Part shown: piece by piece, positions 1 to 9,724 of the stretch
Layout: each line of letters opens with the position of its first letter
Numbering within the stretch: the stretch's first letter is position 1
DNA from: a virus
Lineage: Duplodnaviria; Caudoviricetes
Length of the DNA: 64,000 bases
Virus record (IMG/VR): IMGVR_UViG_3300008110_007313
Reading direction: 5' to 3' (one strand)
The notes under the pieces: model-generated
The model's input: only the letters and a program-made list of their open reading frames with translations
Database searches by the model: none
Told to the model about the DNA's origin: nothing
Program-made: the position numbers and the translations under genes

Positions 1-1407
1 GGGCGTCGCAGGACGCTCTAACATCAAGCCCGGAACTTCGTTAAATGCTACACCTTTGAGAGGCTGACGTGCATCTCCTGCATCCGAGTACATGCTATGT
101 ACAGCGATACCAATATCACTGTTTCCAATGCGTTGCCCTAAGTTACTTCGAGCTGGAATTTTATACTCAATAGTGTTAGGTTGAAACACATAATTGCCTG
201 CGATTTCTGGGGGTGTGTTTGCGTACAGCAAATCACCTTTGACATAGCCACGGAAGTTGGGAGGTAAACTAGCTTCTAGTACAGGGAACAACTTTGTGTA
301 CAAGTTAATAATGCCAGTGCGATCGCCTTTTCTGGTGTTTTGAATCTGTGCCATCATTTGAGGACTAGTAGCAAGGCCATCGTAGCCCTTGGCTTCAAAT
401 CCTGATCCGTCAGTTAACACAAACTCGCCTGTGGAGGGTTTACGACCCCAGATTATAGCAGGCATACCGTCCCATTTGGCAGTGGTGGTTTTTGCAGGTG
501 ATTCAGTGGCATGCTTGACAATTTCTAGTGCTCGCTGAATGCCAGCTGTGCCTTCTCGAAATACCCAGTCTTCAAGATGTTCAATGCCCTTGGCACGGCC
601 ACCTACACTGGCCTGTTCAGCTTCCAGTATGGGTTGCATGCCTTGATTTACAATACGATCCCGCAGGCGTCCCAGGAATCCAGCATCGCTTTCCCGCACA
701 GATGTTTGAGGTTCTTTGAGACCTTGTTTGGCCAAATAGTCGCGGAAATCTCGAAGCATAGCATCACTGTCGGGGTTGTTGGCCAAGGCAGCGTAAATGC
801 TTTCCACACTCTTGAGATTGTTTCTGTTGTAACCTCGCCCTAGAACCCATTGAGCAAATTGATCAGGATTTGTGCTGATCACTTCATTGGTTGTTCGATT
901 GAGTACGCCGTTACTGCCTACTTTGAGTCCATGATGTTTGGCCATGCTGGACCATAGCACAGCACGGTTCATGCCTTTGTATTCGGTATTGTCTGCGCCA
1001 CCGTAGTAGAACTGTCCCCAATCCAAGTCGGGGAAGAACATAAAATCTGTTTGAACAAAACCACGATCTGGATCACCAGCAATGGGAGTTCGAAAATGCA
1101 CTTCTCCTGCCTTGCGAACATATTCGCGAGGATCTTGTCCTTGACTTTGCACAAACTGTGTGAGCGTGGCAGCAAGTTGATCCTTGGTAATTTTGTTGGC
1201 ATCCACACCAAGGTCGAGATCGCCCGAAGTAGGCTTGCGCCCGGTTGATCCTAGTTGACGTTCTTCAGGAAACTTTAAACCTGTGACTTGTTCAACCCAG
1301 GCAATGGTTGCAGGTACGTCAGCTTGGTTGATGCGTTGTGTCAGCGGCTCACCGTCTTTGCTCTTGAATACGTTACCACCTTCCAACAAAGTTTTCAATA
1401 ACTTCAT
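1..1407 (-). CDS. Pol-beta-superfamily nucleotidyltransferase fused to a KxDG ligase-like (DUF6267-type) domain; 3'-truncated by window edge
   Basis: Not in the ORF track. ATG at 1407 overlaps the upstream stop (ATGA). Segments translated by hand (1407-~1200 and 870-831, 720-1) stay in one frame with no stop: MKLLKTLLEGGNVFK..LGSTGRKPTSGDLDLGVD (GS..DxD), then GIEHLEDWVF, AKWDGMPAIIWG, KGDLLY, PNTIEY, IGIAVH. Confidence 0.85.
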   Translation of the reverse strand, partial: MKLLKTLLEGGNVFKSKDGEPLTQRINQADVPATIAWVEQVTGLKFPEERQLGSTGRKPTSGDLDLGVDANKITKDQLAATLTQFVQSQGQDPREYVRKAGEVHFRTPIAGDPDRGFVQTDFMFFPDLDWGQFYYGGADNTEYKGMNRAVLWSSMAKHHGLKVGSNGVLNRTTNEVISTNPDQFAQWVLGRGYNRNNLKSVESIYAALANNPDSDAMLRDFRDYLAKQGLKEPQTSVRESDAGFLGRLRDRIVNQGMQPILEAEQASVGGRAKGIEHLEDWVFREGTAGIQRALEIVKHATESPAKTTTAKWDGMPAIIWGRKPSTGEFVLTDGSGFEAKGYDGLATSPQMMAQIQNTRKGDRTGIINLYTKLFPVLEASLPPNFRGYVKGDLLYANTPPEIAGNYVFQPNTIEYKIPARSNLGQRIGNSDIGIAVHSMYSDAGDARQPLKGVAFNEVPGLMLERPATP

Positions 1408-2138
1408 GGCTTGCCACCTGCCTGCTGTTGTAAACTCTGCATGGCTTGAGCATGCACAGGATCTTTGGCATTAAAGGGTTGTCCATTTACCAGCCAATTT
1501 CCACGTGTGTCTTGCGTGAGTTTTATCTGCCCTTTTTGTTGTGTTTGGCCGCCACTGCTACGGGGATCAAACTGTGAAATCTGTTTAGCAGGAGCAATGC
1601 CATCTCGAACAATGTCAGTCCAGGCAGCAGCCAGTTGTGGGGTGTTGTTGCCAGGCTTGACTGTGGCGTTCATTACAGCGTCAATGCCTTTGTCAATGGC
1701 TTCTTTTGCTGCATCGGCAGCCCCTTTAACTGTGGGGTCATCGCCTACTGAATTAGGCAAGCCAGCATAATCTGCGTTGGGCCCAATGGAATTGTTGACC
1801 AAAGTCACCAGCTGCGGTTTGATTGCGTTAAAGCTGGCTGGGCTCATTGCACTGAGATTGGTAGTTGGATTACCAGCTGCATCCTTGGTCCTGCTCATGA
1901 ACTCTTGCACAGCTTGAGCCCAAGCAGCTTGTAGTTGTGTGGCCAGTGGCCCTACCAGTGCTTGATTGGCCTTGAAGGCTGCCATCCTAGAATTGGCGCC
2001 AGAGCCAGCTGGATCAAAAGCAGGGCTACCGGTTTGGCTCTGTACAAACTTGTTGAATCCAGCCTTGGCAATGCCACTGGCTAGTGCACCAACAATTTCG
2101 TTAACTCTTTTTGGCTGAGTTATTTCAAAGATTTGCAT
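1404..2138 (-). CDS. hypothetical Ala/Gln-rich protein, possible internal head protein
   Basis: 244-aa ORF coupled to both neighbours; N-terminus MQIFEITQPKRVNE. Confidence 0.7.
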   Translation of the reverse strand: MQIFEITQPKRVNEIVGALASGIAKAGFNKFVQSQTGSPAFDPAGSGANSRMAAFKANQALVGPLATQLQAAWAQAVQEFMSRTKDAAGNPTTNLSAMSPASFNAIKPQLVTLVNNSIGPNADYAGLPNSVGDDPTVKGAADAAKEAIDKGIDAVMNATVKPGNNTPQLAAAWTDIVRDGIAPAKQISQFDPRSSGGQTQQKGQIKLTQDTRGNWLVNGQPFNAKDPVHAQAMQSLQQQAGGKP

Positions 2139-2385
2139 CTGTTTTCCTTACGCTGCGATTGAATTTGCCAGCATCTTTTGTTCTTATTGCATTTAACAAT
2201 TTTCTTGTGAGATTTTCTGCTTGGTCAGCAGGAAACTCAGCTTCTATTTGTTCTACTAAGCGAATAGCAGAAGCGATCACGTTGCTGGCACGATTTTCAA
2301 TGATCAAGCGACGATCGCGCTGAGCATATTTTTTGTCGTACAAGCCATCTAATTCTTCTAAGATGCTGCGAGTTTTTTTCTGCAT
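2125..2385 (-). CDS. hypothetical protein
   Basis: 86-aa ORF with an AAAGG SD-like motif and TAAATA upstream. Confidence 0.7.
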   Translation of the reverse strand: MQKKTRSILEELDGLYDKKYAQRDRRLIIENRASNVIASAIRLVEQIEAEFPADQAENLTRKLLNAIRTKDAGKFNRSVRKTDANL

Positions 2386-2403
2386 TGTTTAGGACCTTTG
2401 GAT

Positions 2404-2409
2404 TATTTA
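2404..2409 (-). promoter_or_regulatory. T4-late-type promoter core TAAATA
   Basis: TAAATA upstream of the 2385 start. Confidence 0.55.
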
Positions 2410-2427
2410 GCGGGTTTCCAGTTCTAA

Positions 2428-2433
2428 TAAATA
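2428..2433 (+). promoter_or_regulatory. T4-late-type promoter core TAAATA
   Basis: TAAATA upstream of the fibre gene; AAGGA SD follows. Confidence 0.6.
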
Positions 2434-2461
2434 TCTAAATGCGTATCGCAAAGGAAAACTT

Positions 2462-4333
2462 ATGACCAGTCAGATCAACCCAACAGCAATCAATGATCAA
2501 TATCCTGTGGCTGCCCAGCCCAACAATACCCAAGGATTCAGAGATAATTTCGCCGGCACTAAAACTAATTTTGAATATGCCGCAGAAGAAATCACAGAGC
2601 TTCAAACCAAATCAATTTTAAACGCTGCCTTGGACAATGGATCTTCTCTGAGTACACAAAACAACATGTTGGGTGCGCCTTTGATTGGCGCTAAGATACG
2701 TAATTTTAGTGCTGATTCAGTGAACATTGCAACCACTTCGGGCCCAATTATATTAGATTATAGTCAAGGACATTATCAGCGTATTGCAACCACAGGCAAC
2801 ATTAACTTAGGCTTTAGTAACTTTGCGCCTTCAGGTAGTTTTAGCAGCATACGAGTACAGGTCATTGTTGATGCTGTTGGCCGTACCATGGCTCTTAGCC
2901 CTTACGTAACGCTAGGCACAGACGGCATTCAGGGCTATGCCAGTGGTACTATTACTTTTGCCGAAGCAGGCACTTATCAATTTGGGTTTACAACATCTGA
3001 CTCAGGCGCCACTATCACAATTCAGGATTTAAATCGCCCATTGAGTGATTACACCAATCCTGTGACAATTGCCAGCACCGAGCCTAGTATCAGCATTACC
3101 TCAGGTGCGCTGGTAGTTGCTGGCGGTGTTGGCGTTGCTGGTAATCTTTATGTGGACGGCAACATTGTTGGAAACTTTGTAGCCACCACTCAAACATTTG
3201 CCGGTAACTTAACTGGTGGAAATCTATTGACCAGTGGCATAATGAGTGCCACAGGCAATGTCTCTGGCGGTAACATTAGAACCACAGGGCAAGTTTCAGC
3301 CACAGGCAACGTTACTGGAGCTTATATCATCGGTGATGGTAGTCAATTGACCAATATCACTGTGTCCGGTGGATCAGCCATTGTCAACGGAACCAGTAAT
3401 GTAAGAGCAATTGCCAACAGTAATATCACTATTGGAATTGGCGGATCAAACGTTGCTGTATGGGCCAACACAGGTGGTTTTGTAACTGGTTTAATCAGCG
3501 CCACAGGTAACATCACTGGCGGCAACCTTAGGACTGCTGGACAAGTTTCAGCCACAGGCAACATCACTGGCGGTAACATTCTAGCAGGTTCGGGAGTTGG
3601 AGTTGGCGGCGATGTTGGAGTTGGCGGCATTATATTTGCAAATGGCAACATCAACACCAACACCTCATTCAACGCTGTTGGCAATATTGTTGGTTCTTAT
3701 TTCATTGGCAACGGAGCATTTTTATCAGGCCTGTCTAGTACTTCAAGAATCACAGCAGGTACCACAGAATTGGGCGTTTCTACCCCAAGTGGTAATATTC
3801 AGGCAACCGTTGGAGGCACAGCAAACATAGCCGTAATTTCCACGCAAGGTATAGATATCACTGGAAACGTAACAGCCTCTGCTAACTTAGAAGGTGTTGG
3901 TGTCAGTGTCACTGGCAACGTCACTGGTGGCAATCTACGCAGCAACGGTTTGATCAGTGCTGCTGGTAACATCACTGGCGGTAACATTGCAGGTACTGGC
4001 AATGTATCGTTGGTTGGCAACGTGATTGCTGGAAACTTGACCACTGGTGCACAAATGGTTGCACTTGGCAACGTCACTGGCGGTAACATTGTTACCAACG
4101 GTCAGGTGCGCTCTTTCAACGGTACTGCTGTTTCAGCAGGAGGCACAGCTGGAGCAGGATACGTATTTTCAACTACTGCAAACTTTGGTGTATTCTTTGG
4201 ATCAGGTGCACCAACATTGGCCGCAGCCAAAGGATCATTGTACCTACGCAGTGACGGTACTACCACCAACGATCGCATGTACGTAAACACCAATGGCTCT
4301 ACTACCTGGACCGCAGTAATTACTGCAAGTTAA
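2462..4333 (+). CDS. virion fibre-like structural protein with GN(I/V/L)(T/S)GGN repeats
   Basis: 623 aa, G/N/T/A-rich; 7 copies of GNxTGGN-type repeat; N-terminal YPVA..QGFRDNF segment typical of phage virion proteins. Confidence 0.75.
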   Translation: MTSQINPTAINDQYPVAAQPNNTQGFRDNFAGTKTNFEYAAEEITELQTKSILNAALDNGSSLSTQNNMLGAPLIGAKIRNFSADSVNIATTSGPIILDYSQGHYQRIATTGNINLGFSNFAPSGSFSSIRVQVIVDAVGRTMALSPYVTLGTDGIQGYASGTITFAEAGTYQFGFTTSDSGATITIQDLNRPLSDYTNPVTIASTEPSISITSGALVVAGGVGVAGNLYVDGNIVGNFVATTQTFAGNLTGGNLLTSGIMSATGNVSGGNIRTTGQVSATGNVTGAYIIGDGSQLTNITVSGGSAIVNGTSNVRAIANSNITIGIGGSNVAVWANTGGFVTGLISATGNITGGNLRTAGQVSATGNITGGNILAGSGVGVGGDVGVGGIIFANGNINTNTSFNAVGNIVGSYFIGNGAFLSGLSSTSRITAGTTELGVSTPSGNIQATVGGTANIAVISTQGIDITGNVTASANLEGVGVSVTGNVTGGNLRSNGLISAAGNITGGNIAGTGNVSLVGNVIAGNLTTGAQMVALGNVTGGNIVTNGQVRSFNGTAVSAGGTAGAGYVFSTTANFGVFFGSGAPTLAAAKGSLYLRSDGTTTNDRMYVNTNGSTTWTAVITAS

Positions 4334-5510
4334 TCAATTCCCAAAATTCAGGGAAAGTACTAGCTAGATCTTGTTGTCGCAACAGATCTAGCTTTTTTGT
4401 TGACTCAAGAAATTTGTCCCACTGCTGTGGCTGATTTTCCAAAGGCATGTCCATGAAATCCATGATGCTAGTGATTTGCCAGTTGGGCTGTTGTGATTCA
4501 AGTTGACTACGTATTGTTTGTTTGACTGTGTCTGGCAGTGCTCGAACATTGAGATAGTGTGGATGATGCACCATGTTAAAAAACACAGGAATTTCTCGAT
4601 CGCAGAAATACTGTTGTATTTGCATCACGTATAAAATGTTCAAAGCACACACTGTAACACAGATGTGCATTTTAATGTTGGGGCTGGTTCTGACCAACTG
4701 TCGATAACGCAATACGTTCTTTTCAACTGTGCTCCACGTTTCACCATATCGAATATAATCAAAGTGTGGTCCAATACCATCTATGCTAATATCAATGTTT
4801 ACTGATTTAAACTGTTTGATGATATCAATGTACTCAGGATTCCAAATGGTACCATTGGTATTGATATGCAACCCTTGATCTCGGCATCGACCGCTGTCAA
4901 CACTCTGTTGCAAAATATGAAATACTTTGTCCAACAACATAGGCTCAGCACCGTAGATGTCATAGTACTCTACATCAGTGAACCAGGTTGCTAGATCTGT
5001 CCATAGCTGTGTGTTTTCGTCGCTGTAGCTGCTGCGAATTCTGCCCCAGGAAGCTAGATATTTCTTATAGTCTGGTTCCCATTTTTGAGCTTCAATTTCC
5101 CAGTAGTCGCGATACCATTTGCTAGAAACCTCAGGCCAGCATGTTCTGCAGGCTAAATTGCAGGTGTTACCAGGTTTAAGGTCCACCAGTTGTGGCTTGT
5201 GACCTGTGATCACTAGATCTTTAAATTGTTCATTGGCCACTTGTCTGCGGCTGCTTCTTCCTGCTGCTTCTTCATTCCAGCAAGCACTGCAATTTGGATG
5301 TTGGATCCCTTGTTCTAGATCTCGCTTTATCTCATAGCGTGTAGAACTGTTCCAAGCCTGTTCCATAGTATGTGTATCAAGAAAAATTTCCTGACCTTCT
5401 GGGTCTCGTAGATAAGTTTGACTGTGACAACACAGCAGGCACCGTCCTGAATTGTGTAATGCAATCCCAGAATCTGCCCAAACACAATATAAACCTTTGT
5501 CTTTTTCCAT
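4320..5510 (-). CDS. radical SAM enzyme with N-terminal SPASM/twitch-like Cys domain
   Basis: CNLACRTC (CxxxCxxC), GAEPML, INTNGT, SIDG; N-terminal C..LLCC..CSAC. Confidence 0.9.
   Translation of the reverse strand: MEKDKGLYCVWADSGIALHNSGRCLLCCHSQTYLRDPEGQEIFLDTHTMEQAWNSSTRYEIKRDLEQGIQHPNCSACWNEEAAGRSSRRQVANEQFKDLVITGHKPQLVDLKPGNTCNLACRTCWPEVSSKWYRDYWEIEAQKWEPDYKKYLASWGRIRSSYSDENTQLWTDLATWFTDVEYYDIYGAEPMLLDKVFHILQQSVDSGRCRDQGLHINTNGTIWNPEYIDIIKQFKSVNIDISIDGIGPHFDYIRYGETWSTVEKNVLRYRQLVRTSPNIKMHICVTVCALNILYVMQIQQYFCDREIPVFFNMVHHPHYLNVRALPDTVKQTIRSQLESQQPNWQITSIMDFMDMPLENQPQQWDKFLESTKKLDLLRQQDLASTFPEFWELINLQ
4362..4398 (+). terminator. intrinsic terminator-like hairpin inside the convergent radical SAM CDS
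   Basis: AGCTAGATC-T-TGTTG/TCG/CAACA-GATCTAGCT followed by a T run, 29 nt after the fibre stop. Confidence 0.6.
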
Positions 5511-5530
5511 GATGTCCTTTGATTAAACCT

Positions 5531-5536
5531 TAAATA
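5531..5536 (+). promoter_or_regulatory. T4-late-type promoter core TAAATA
   Basis: 8 nt before ATG 5545; no SD. Confidence 0.55.
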
Positions 5537-5544
5537 TGTATGAT

Positions 5545-6195
5545 ATGTCAGAACTTACTACAATTTTTACTCCCATTAGATATCTGGTCAGCAAACTGCA
5601 TTTAAAAATGCCCTGGACCTACGAAGAAGTCGTTGCTGAACTTGAAACAGAAGATTGGAAGCCGCATGGAGAAGTTGCTCCTGTAGGGCACAATCCATGG
5701 CCTGGAATGCGTTACAAAGTTCTACGCCCTCGTGAAGAAAACAAAAAGCTAGTAGCAATCAGCAGATATTTTAACAGTCTCAAATTCAAACAACAAGTAG
5801 TTGACTGGATGTATGACAATTATCCAGGCACCGACGTGGCCTGGGGCATGGACCGTGACACCATGTTTCGACAAAGTCAAACGCACATTGAGTTTACTCG
5901 TGACATGCCAGGCTTTGTCAACGCACTACACACAGACTATCGCAAACTGATTGCCACTGGCATGGTCTACTTCAGCAATCACGACACTGAAGATCTCAGC
6001 AGTTATTTCTACAAATCAGAAAACCGAGATGAACCTGTGCGTATGACCACTGAGTTTGGCGACGGTTGGTGGCACCAAAATGGTAATTACACCTGGCACG
6101 AAGGATGGAATCGTACTGATCAGGTGCGCTACAGTGGACTTCTAGGGCTTACTATATACACCAGCGACGCACCTGTTTGGCCAGGGCAGAATTAA
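5545..6195 (+). CDS. 2OG-Fe(II) oxygenase-like protein
   Basis: LHTD (HxD)..GMVYF..TWHEG..R double-stranded beta-helix signature; in-frame ATG also at 5536. Confidence 0.7.
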   Translation: MSELTTIFTPIRYLVSKLHLKMPWTYEEVVAELETEDWKPHGEVAPVGHNPWPGMRYKVLRPREENKKLVAISRYFNSLKFKQQVVDWMYDNYPGTDVAWGMDRDTMFRQSQTHIEFTRDMPGFVNALHTDYRKLIATGMVYFSNHDTEDLSSYFYKSENRDEPVRMTTEFGDGWWHQNGNYTWHEGWNRTDQVRYSGLLGLTIYTSDAPVWPGQN

Positions 6196-7646
6196 CCTGT
6201 TTTTATCTGTCCCAGTAACTGTTTGAGTTTGGCTGTTTGTACATCAGCGGTTACTTTAGGAACGTCACTTGAGTGAACCATTGGTTTTTCCCATGCGTGT
6301 GTGCCTGTGGGTTTCTCCCACTTAGTTGGCGAATCTTCCGATGGCGCTACTGTGCTTTTGGCCTTGATTGAATCCATGATACTGGGCTTTACTCCACCAC
6401 GGAAATTGTCTTGTTCGTCGCCGCCTGCATCGGTAATACGCATAGTGTTAATATCGTATTCAAGATCGATTTTCTGTCCTACACCTGTTGAACTACGACT
6501 TTTCATACATTGAATCTGATACTTGCCTCGCTCTTTCATAGCCCGGCTCGTGAAAATACCAAATACATTGTCCGCTGTATTGATCTTACTAATACCACCA
6601 CTAATATGACTGTGATCAAATTCAATCTCCTCCACAGCTGATCGATTCAATTGCGATGCGGTCACAAGCAATATGCCCAGTTCTTTGGCCAAGTTACGCA
6701 GTTCTTCACTCACATACTTGTCTTTGACAAACAGATCGTTGGGACTGACTTTGGCGCTGACAGGCATCAACAAGTCCAAATAGTCAACCATCATGAAGTC
6801 AACTCGGTGTCCTGTTTTGATTTGATATTCTTTTAAGAATGCACGAATGTCATTGATGTTGCTTTGTGCTGGCAATGCTTTGACTTGATAGCTACCTGCC
6901 TTCTTGCCTACCATTTTGACTTTAAGGGCTGCTGTTGATTTGTCTCGACGAATATCTTTAGTTGACATATCTGTCAACATAGCTGCCGTACGCAGACCAG
7001 TGAGTTCCTCACTGAGTTCTAGCGAAACATAAACACCATGCAAGCCCTGTTGTACCCAGTTCAGTGCAATGTTCATCATCACAAGACTCTTGCCTGATCC
7101 TGAGCCACCTGCAAAGATGTTGAGTTCGCCGCGACTAAACCCACCATACAGCAGTCTATCCACTTGTGGCCAACCTGTTGATACTTGTCCGCCTGCATCA
7201 AAGTACTTGGTAAACATACCCTCAGGATCGGCCCAAAAATCTGTGCCAAGATCCTTGGTTAAAGAAATTTGTACTGCATCTTTAATCAATTTTTCTACAG
7301 GCTCAAACTCACCTTTTTCCAACAGATCTGCACTTTTAAGAATTGCACGTTCAAGTTCTTGGCGCTTGGTAAACGCTTCAAACTCAGTCATAAACCAATC
7401 ATAGTGTCCTTCATTCAAGTCAGGCACTGATTGTAATTTAATTCCTGTGGCCGCTGTGATCTGTGCACGATCAGGCAACGTGCTGTATTTGGCACTGTGT
7501 TCTTTGATAAACTCCGCTGCTCGGCGTATGCTTTTATCAAAGTTGTCTGGGTTATAAATGTTCTGCACACGCACATAGCTCTGTGCATCTTCCAACATCA
7601 TTTCCAGGAACAGGCGCTGTACGTCAACTCCGTAGTCTTTTAACAA
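6192..7646 (-). CDS. 41: DnaB-like replicative helicase (T4 gp41-like)
   Basis: GGSGSGKS Walker A, VDYLDL Walker B, TASQLNR, KSR finger. Confidence 0.95.
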   Translation of the reverse strand: MLKDYGVDVQRLFLEMMLEDAQSYVRVQNIYNPDNFDKSIRRAAEFIKEHSAKYSTLPDRAQITAATGIKLQSVPDLNEGHYDWFMTEFEAFTKRQELERAILKSADLLEKGEFEPVEKLIKDAVQISLTKDLGTDFWADPEGMFTKYFDAGGQVSTGWPQVDRLLYGGFSRGELNIFAGGSGSGKSLVMMNIALNWVQQGLHGVYVSLELSEELTGLRTAAMLTDMSTKDIRRDKSTAALKVKMVGKKAGSYQVKALPAQSNINDIRAFLKEYQIKTGHRVDFMMVDYLDLLMPVSAKVSPNDLFVKDKYVSEELRNLAKELGILLVTASQLNRSAVEEIEFDHSHISGGISKINTADNVFGIFTSRAMKERGKYQIQCMKSRSSTGVGQKIDLEYDINTMRITDAGGDEQDNFRGGVKPSIMDSIKAKSTVAPSEDSPTKWEKPTGTHAWEKPMVHSSDVPKVTADVQTAKLKQLLGQIKTG

Positions 7647-8607
7647 GTTGTTTCTTCCTTAATTCTATTTTGATTCTGCTGGTTTCTCTAGCTTGAAGTA
7701 TAGTTAGCAAAGTTCCAAGTCGTCCATACTTCTTTACTGCATCATTTACATCTTTGCAATCTTCCCAGTTGGGTATGCTTACTGCCCAGCCCAGTTCTAC
7801 GGCGCGGTCAATCAAGTCCAACCCTGCTTGGTCTTGGTCGGGCACCACAGTGATTTCTCGTCCTAGACCACGGATCATTCTAGCCTGTGCATCACTGATT
7901 TCATTGTGCATGACTGCTAGGCCGCCAATACTGAGTGCATCAAATATGCCTTCGGTCACAATCACATGTTGCCAGTCTGGATGCTGTAAGTCAGTGCCGA
8001 ACACATACCCTGGCTGCACATCAGAAATAAATTTAGGAATCTTGTTGTCAATAAATCTTGAAGTGTAGCCTACAATTTTGTTTTCGTGTGTGAACGGCAC
8101 AATTACACAAGGTCTGGTCCAGTGAACTCCATCGGTGCGGATAGGAGTCATCATGGGAAAGTCTTCAGGTACACGTCGATCACGAATGTAGTCCCAGTAC
8201 CTAGGATGTTCCTGTGTGATCAATTCACTGCCCGGTGGCAGCTCACGTTCTTCAAAATCAATGCCTTGTAATACACTGAACACACGTTGTCGGTCTTCTA
8301 CAATGCCGTAGATACTACGATGGCGTAAACTTTCCAAGTTAGCCAGTTCAATATCTCGTTCAGGCACACCCAGCCAACTCAAGAGCCTACGGGCCTTGAA
8401 GCTCACAGAGCGGCCAAGGATAAAGCTGGCGGTGTAGCCGCAATTGAAACAGTGATAGCTCCAGCCTTGTTCGTTTGTTTTGATTCCGCCTCGTTGACGT
8501 CGGTCTGGGCTGTTGCCGTTGTGATGACAACATGGAGCGTTGAAACTGACCCACCCACTGGGACTGGCTTTGCGTTTTGCAGGTAGGTATTGAACAATAT
8601 CAAGCAT
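7624..8607 (-). CDS. 61: DNA primase (T4 gp61-like)
   Basis: N-terminal Zn site (PCCH..HCFNC), TOPRIM VTEGIFDA, PDQD, KDVND. Confidence 0.9.
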   Translation of the reverse strand: MLDIVQYLPAKRKASPSGWVSFNAPCCHHNGNSPDRRQRGGIKTNEQGWSYHCFNCGYTASFILGRSVSFKARRLLSWLGVPERDIELANLESLRHRSIYGIVEDRQRVFSVLQGIDFEERELPPGSELITQEHPRYWDYIRDRRVPEDFPMMTPIRTDGVHWTRPCVIVPFTHENKIVGYTSRFIDNKIPKFISDVQPGYVFGTDLQHPDWQHVIVTEGIFDALSIGGLAVMHNEISDAQARMIRGLGREITVVPDQDQAGLDLIDRAVELGWAVSIPNWEDCKDVNDAVKKYGRLGTLLTILQARETSRIKIELRKKQLVKRLRS

Positions 8608-8631
8608 CTGCTTATTATAGCAGAGTTTGTA

Positions 8632-9702
8632 TCAACGGTACATCAAATTGGTCACTGTACCATTGTTAATGATAACATTGGCCATGAGCGTGTTACCAAA
8701 AGTAATAGGCAGATATCCAGAGCCGCCATCGATCACAGTTATTGGCCCACAGGTGCCATCGCTGGCCAAACTAGCCACAGCCCGTGCGCCGGCACCGTTG
8801 CCTACAATAACAACATTGGGCGGAGCAACATAGTTGCTGCCTGGGTTGTTGAGAGTAATTCCTGTGACTACTCCGTTGACCACTGTGGCACTGGCCTGCG
8901 CACCCCATCCCTGACTTTGGTTAAACGACAAACGAAGCAAGGGGTGGAACCCTGCTACATTAAGATAGACTGTACTGGTCTCGTCAAAATACTGTGTAGA
9001 ATCTGTAACGTTGTACCAGGGCGACTCGTAGTCTTCGGCTGCTTGCGCTTTGATTGTTCCTGTGAAATGGGTGAGTTCCATTTTAAACGTGGTCAAACTA
9101 GCACCCAAGGTAGGTATATGACTGCTGTAAAACTCAGTCTGTTGCAAATAATTCAATGGTTGCGGAGTCAGTGCCCAGTCTGGCCAACCCGAAGGTGGAT
9201 TTGCTGGCCAGGAAGTAGGACCATAGATAGTGGGTATGGTCAAATTTACACTGTCTTGAAACTGCGGAAACACTGAGTCCACAATGTTGGCATCGCCGCG
9301 GGCACCTGAATTGTCATCTACAAACACAGCCTGTACATAGTTTCCAGCTGATCGTTGGATGCTGTAACTGGCCGGTTGTGCCAGCAGGTTAATAGTATCG
9401 GTAGTGTTTAACACTACTTTGACACGTCCAGTGCTGGCACTGAGTACTTCCATGTCCTTGGACAGCAACAGTTCATTGCCGTTTTGACCGATTAGACGGA
9501 ATACAAAATTGCTGCCAGTGATGTTTACTGGCTTTTGATCTTGATTGATGAATTCAAACAAAAGCACGTTGTCCACGCCCTTGTTTATGGTTAAATATTT
9601 TGCGTACACTGGGTCATACCTCACAGTAAAGTAACCACCACTGGTGTCAACTAACAAAACTCTGGTTATCTGCTGGTATAAGTAAACGGTGGTTGAATAC
9701 AT
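8632..9702 (-). CDS. virion structural protein
   Basis: Start moved to MYSTTVYLYQQ (GAGG SD upstream); beta-rich, C-terminal ITLNNPGSNY..GAGARAVA motif of T4-like tail/baseplate proteins. Confidence 0.65.
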   Translation of the reverse strand: MYSTTVYLYQQITRVLLVDTSGGYFTVRYDPVYAKYLTINKGVDNVLLFEFINQDQKPVNITGSNFVFRLIGQNGNELLLSKDMEVLSASTGRVKVVLNTTDTINLLAQPASYSIQRSAGNYVQAVFVDDNSGARGDANIVDSVFPQFQDSVNLTIPTIYGPTSWPANPPSGWPDWALTPQPLNYLQQTEFYSSHIPTLGASLTTFKMELTHFTGTIKAQAAEDYESPWYNVTDSTQYFDETSTVYLNVAGFHPLLRLSFNQSQGWGAQASATVVNGVVTGITLNNPGSNYVAPPNVVIVGNGAGARAVASLASDGTCGPITVIDGGSGYLPITFGNTLMANVIINNGTVTNLMYR

Positions 9703-9718
9703 GGTGATCCTCAAATAA

Positions 9719-9724
9719 TATTTA
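9719..9724 (-). promoter_or_regulatory. T4-late-type promoter core TAAATA
   Basis: Upstream of the 9702 start. Confidence 0.55.

Noticed and set aside
8614-8642. Full sigma70 promoter for the primase gene
   Set aside because: TATAAT is present, but the -35 at 17-nt spacing (TGTACC) is poor; kept only as a -10 observation
8590-9276. 228-aa + strand ORF
   Set aside because: Antisense shadow of the 8632-9702 structural gene; no motifs or RBS
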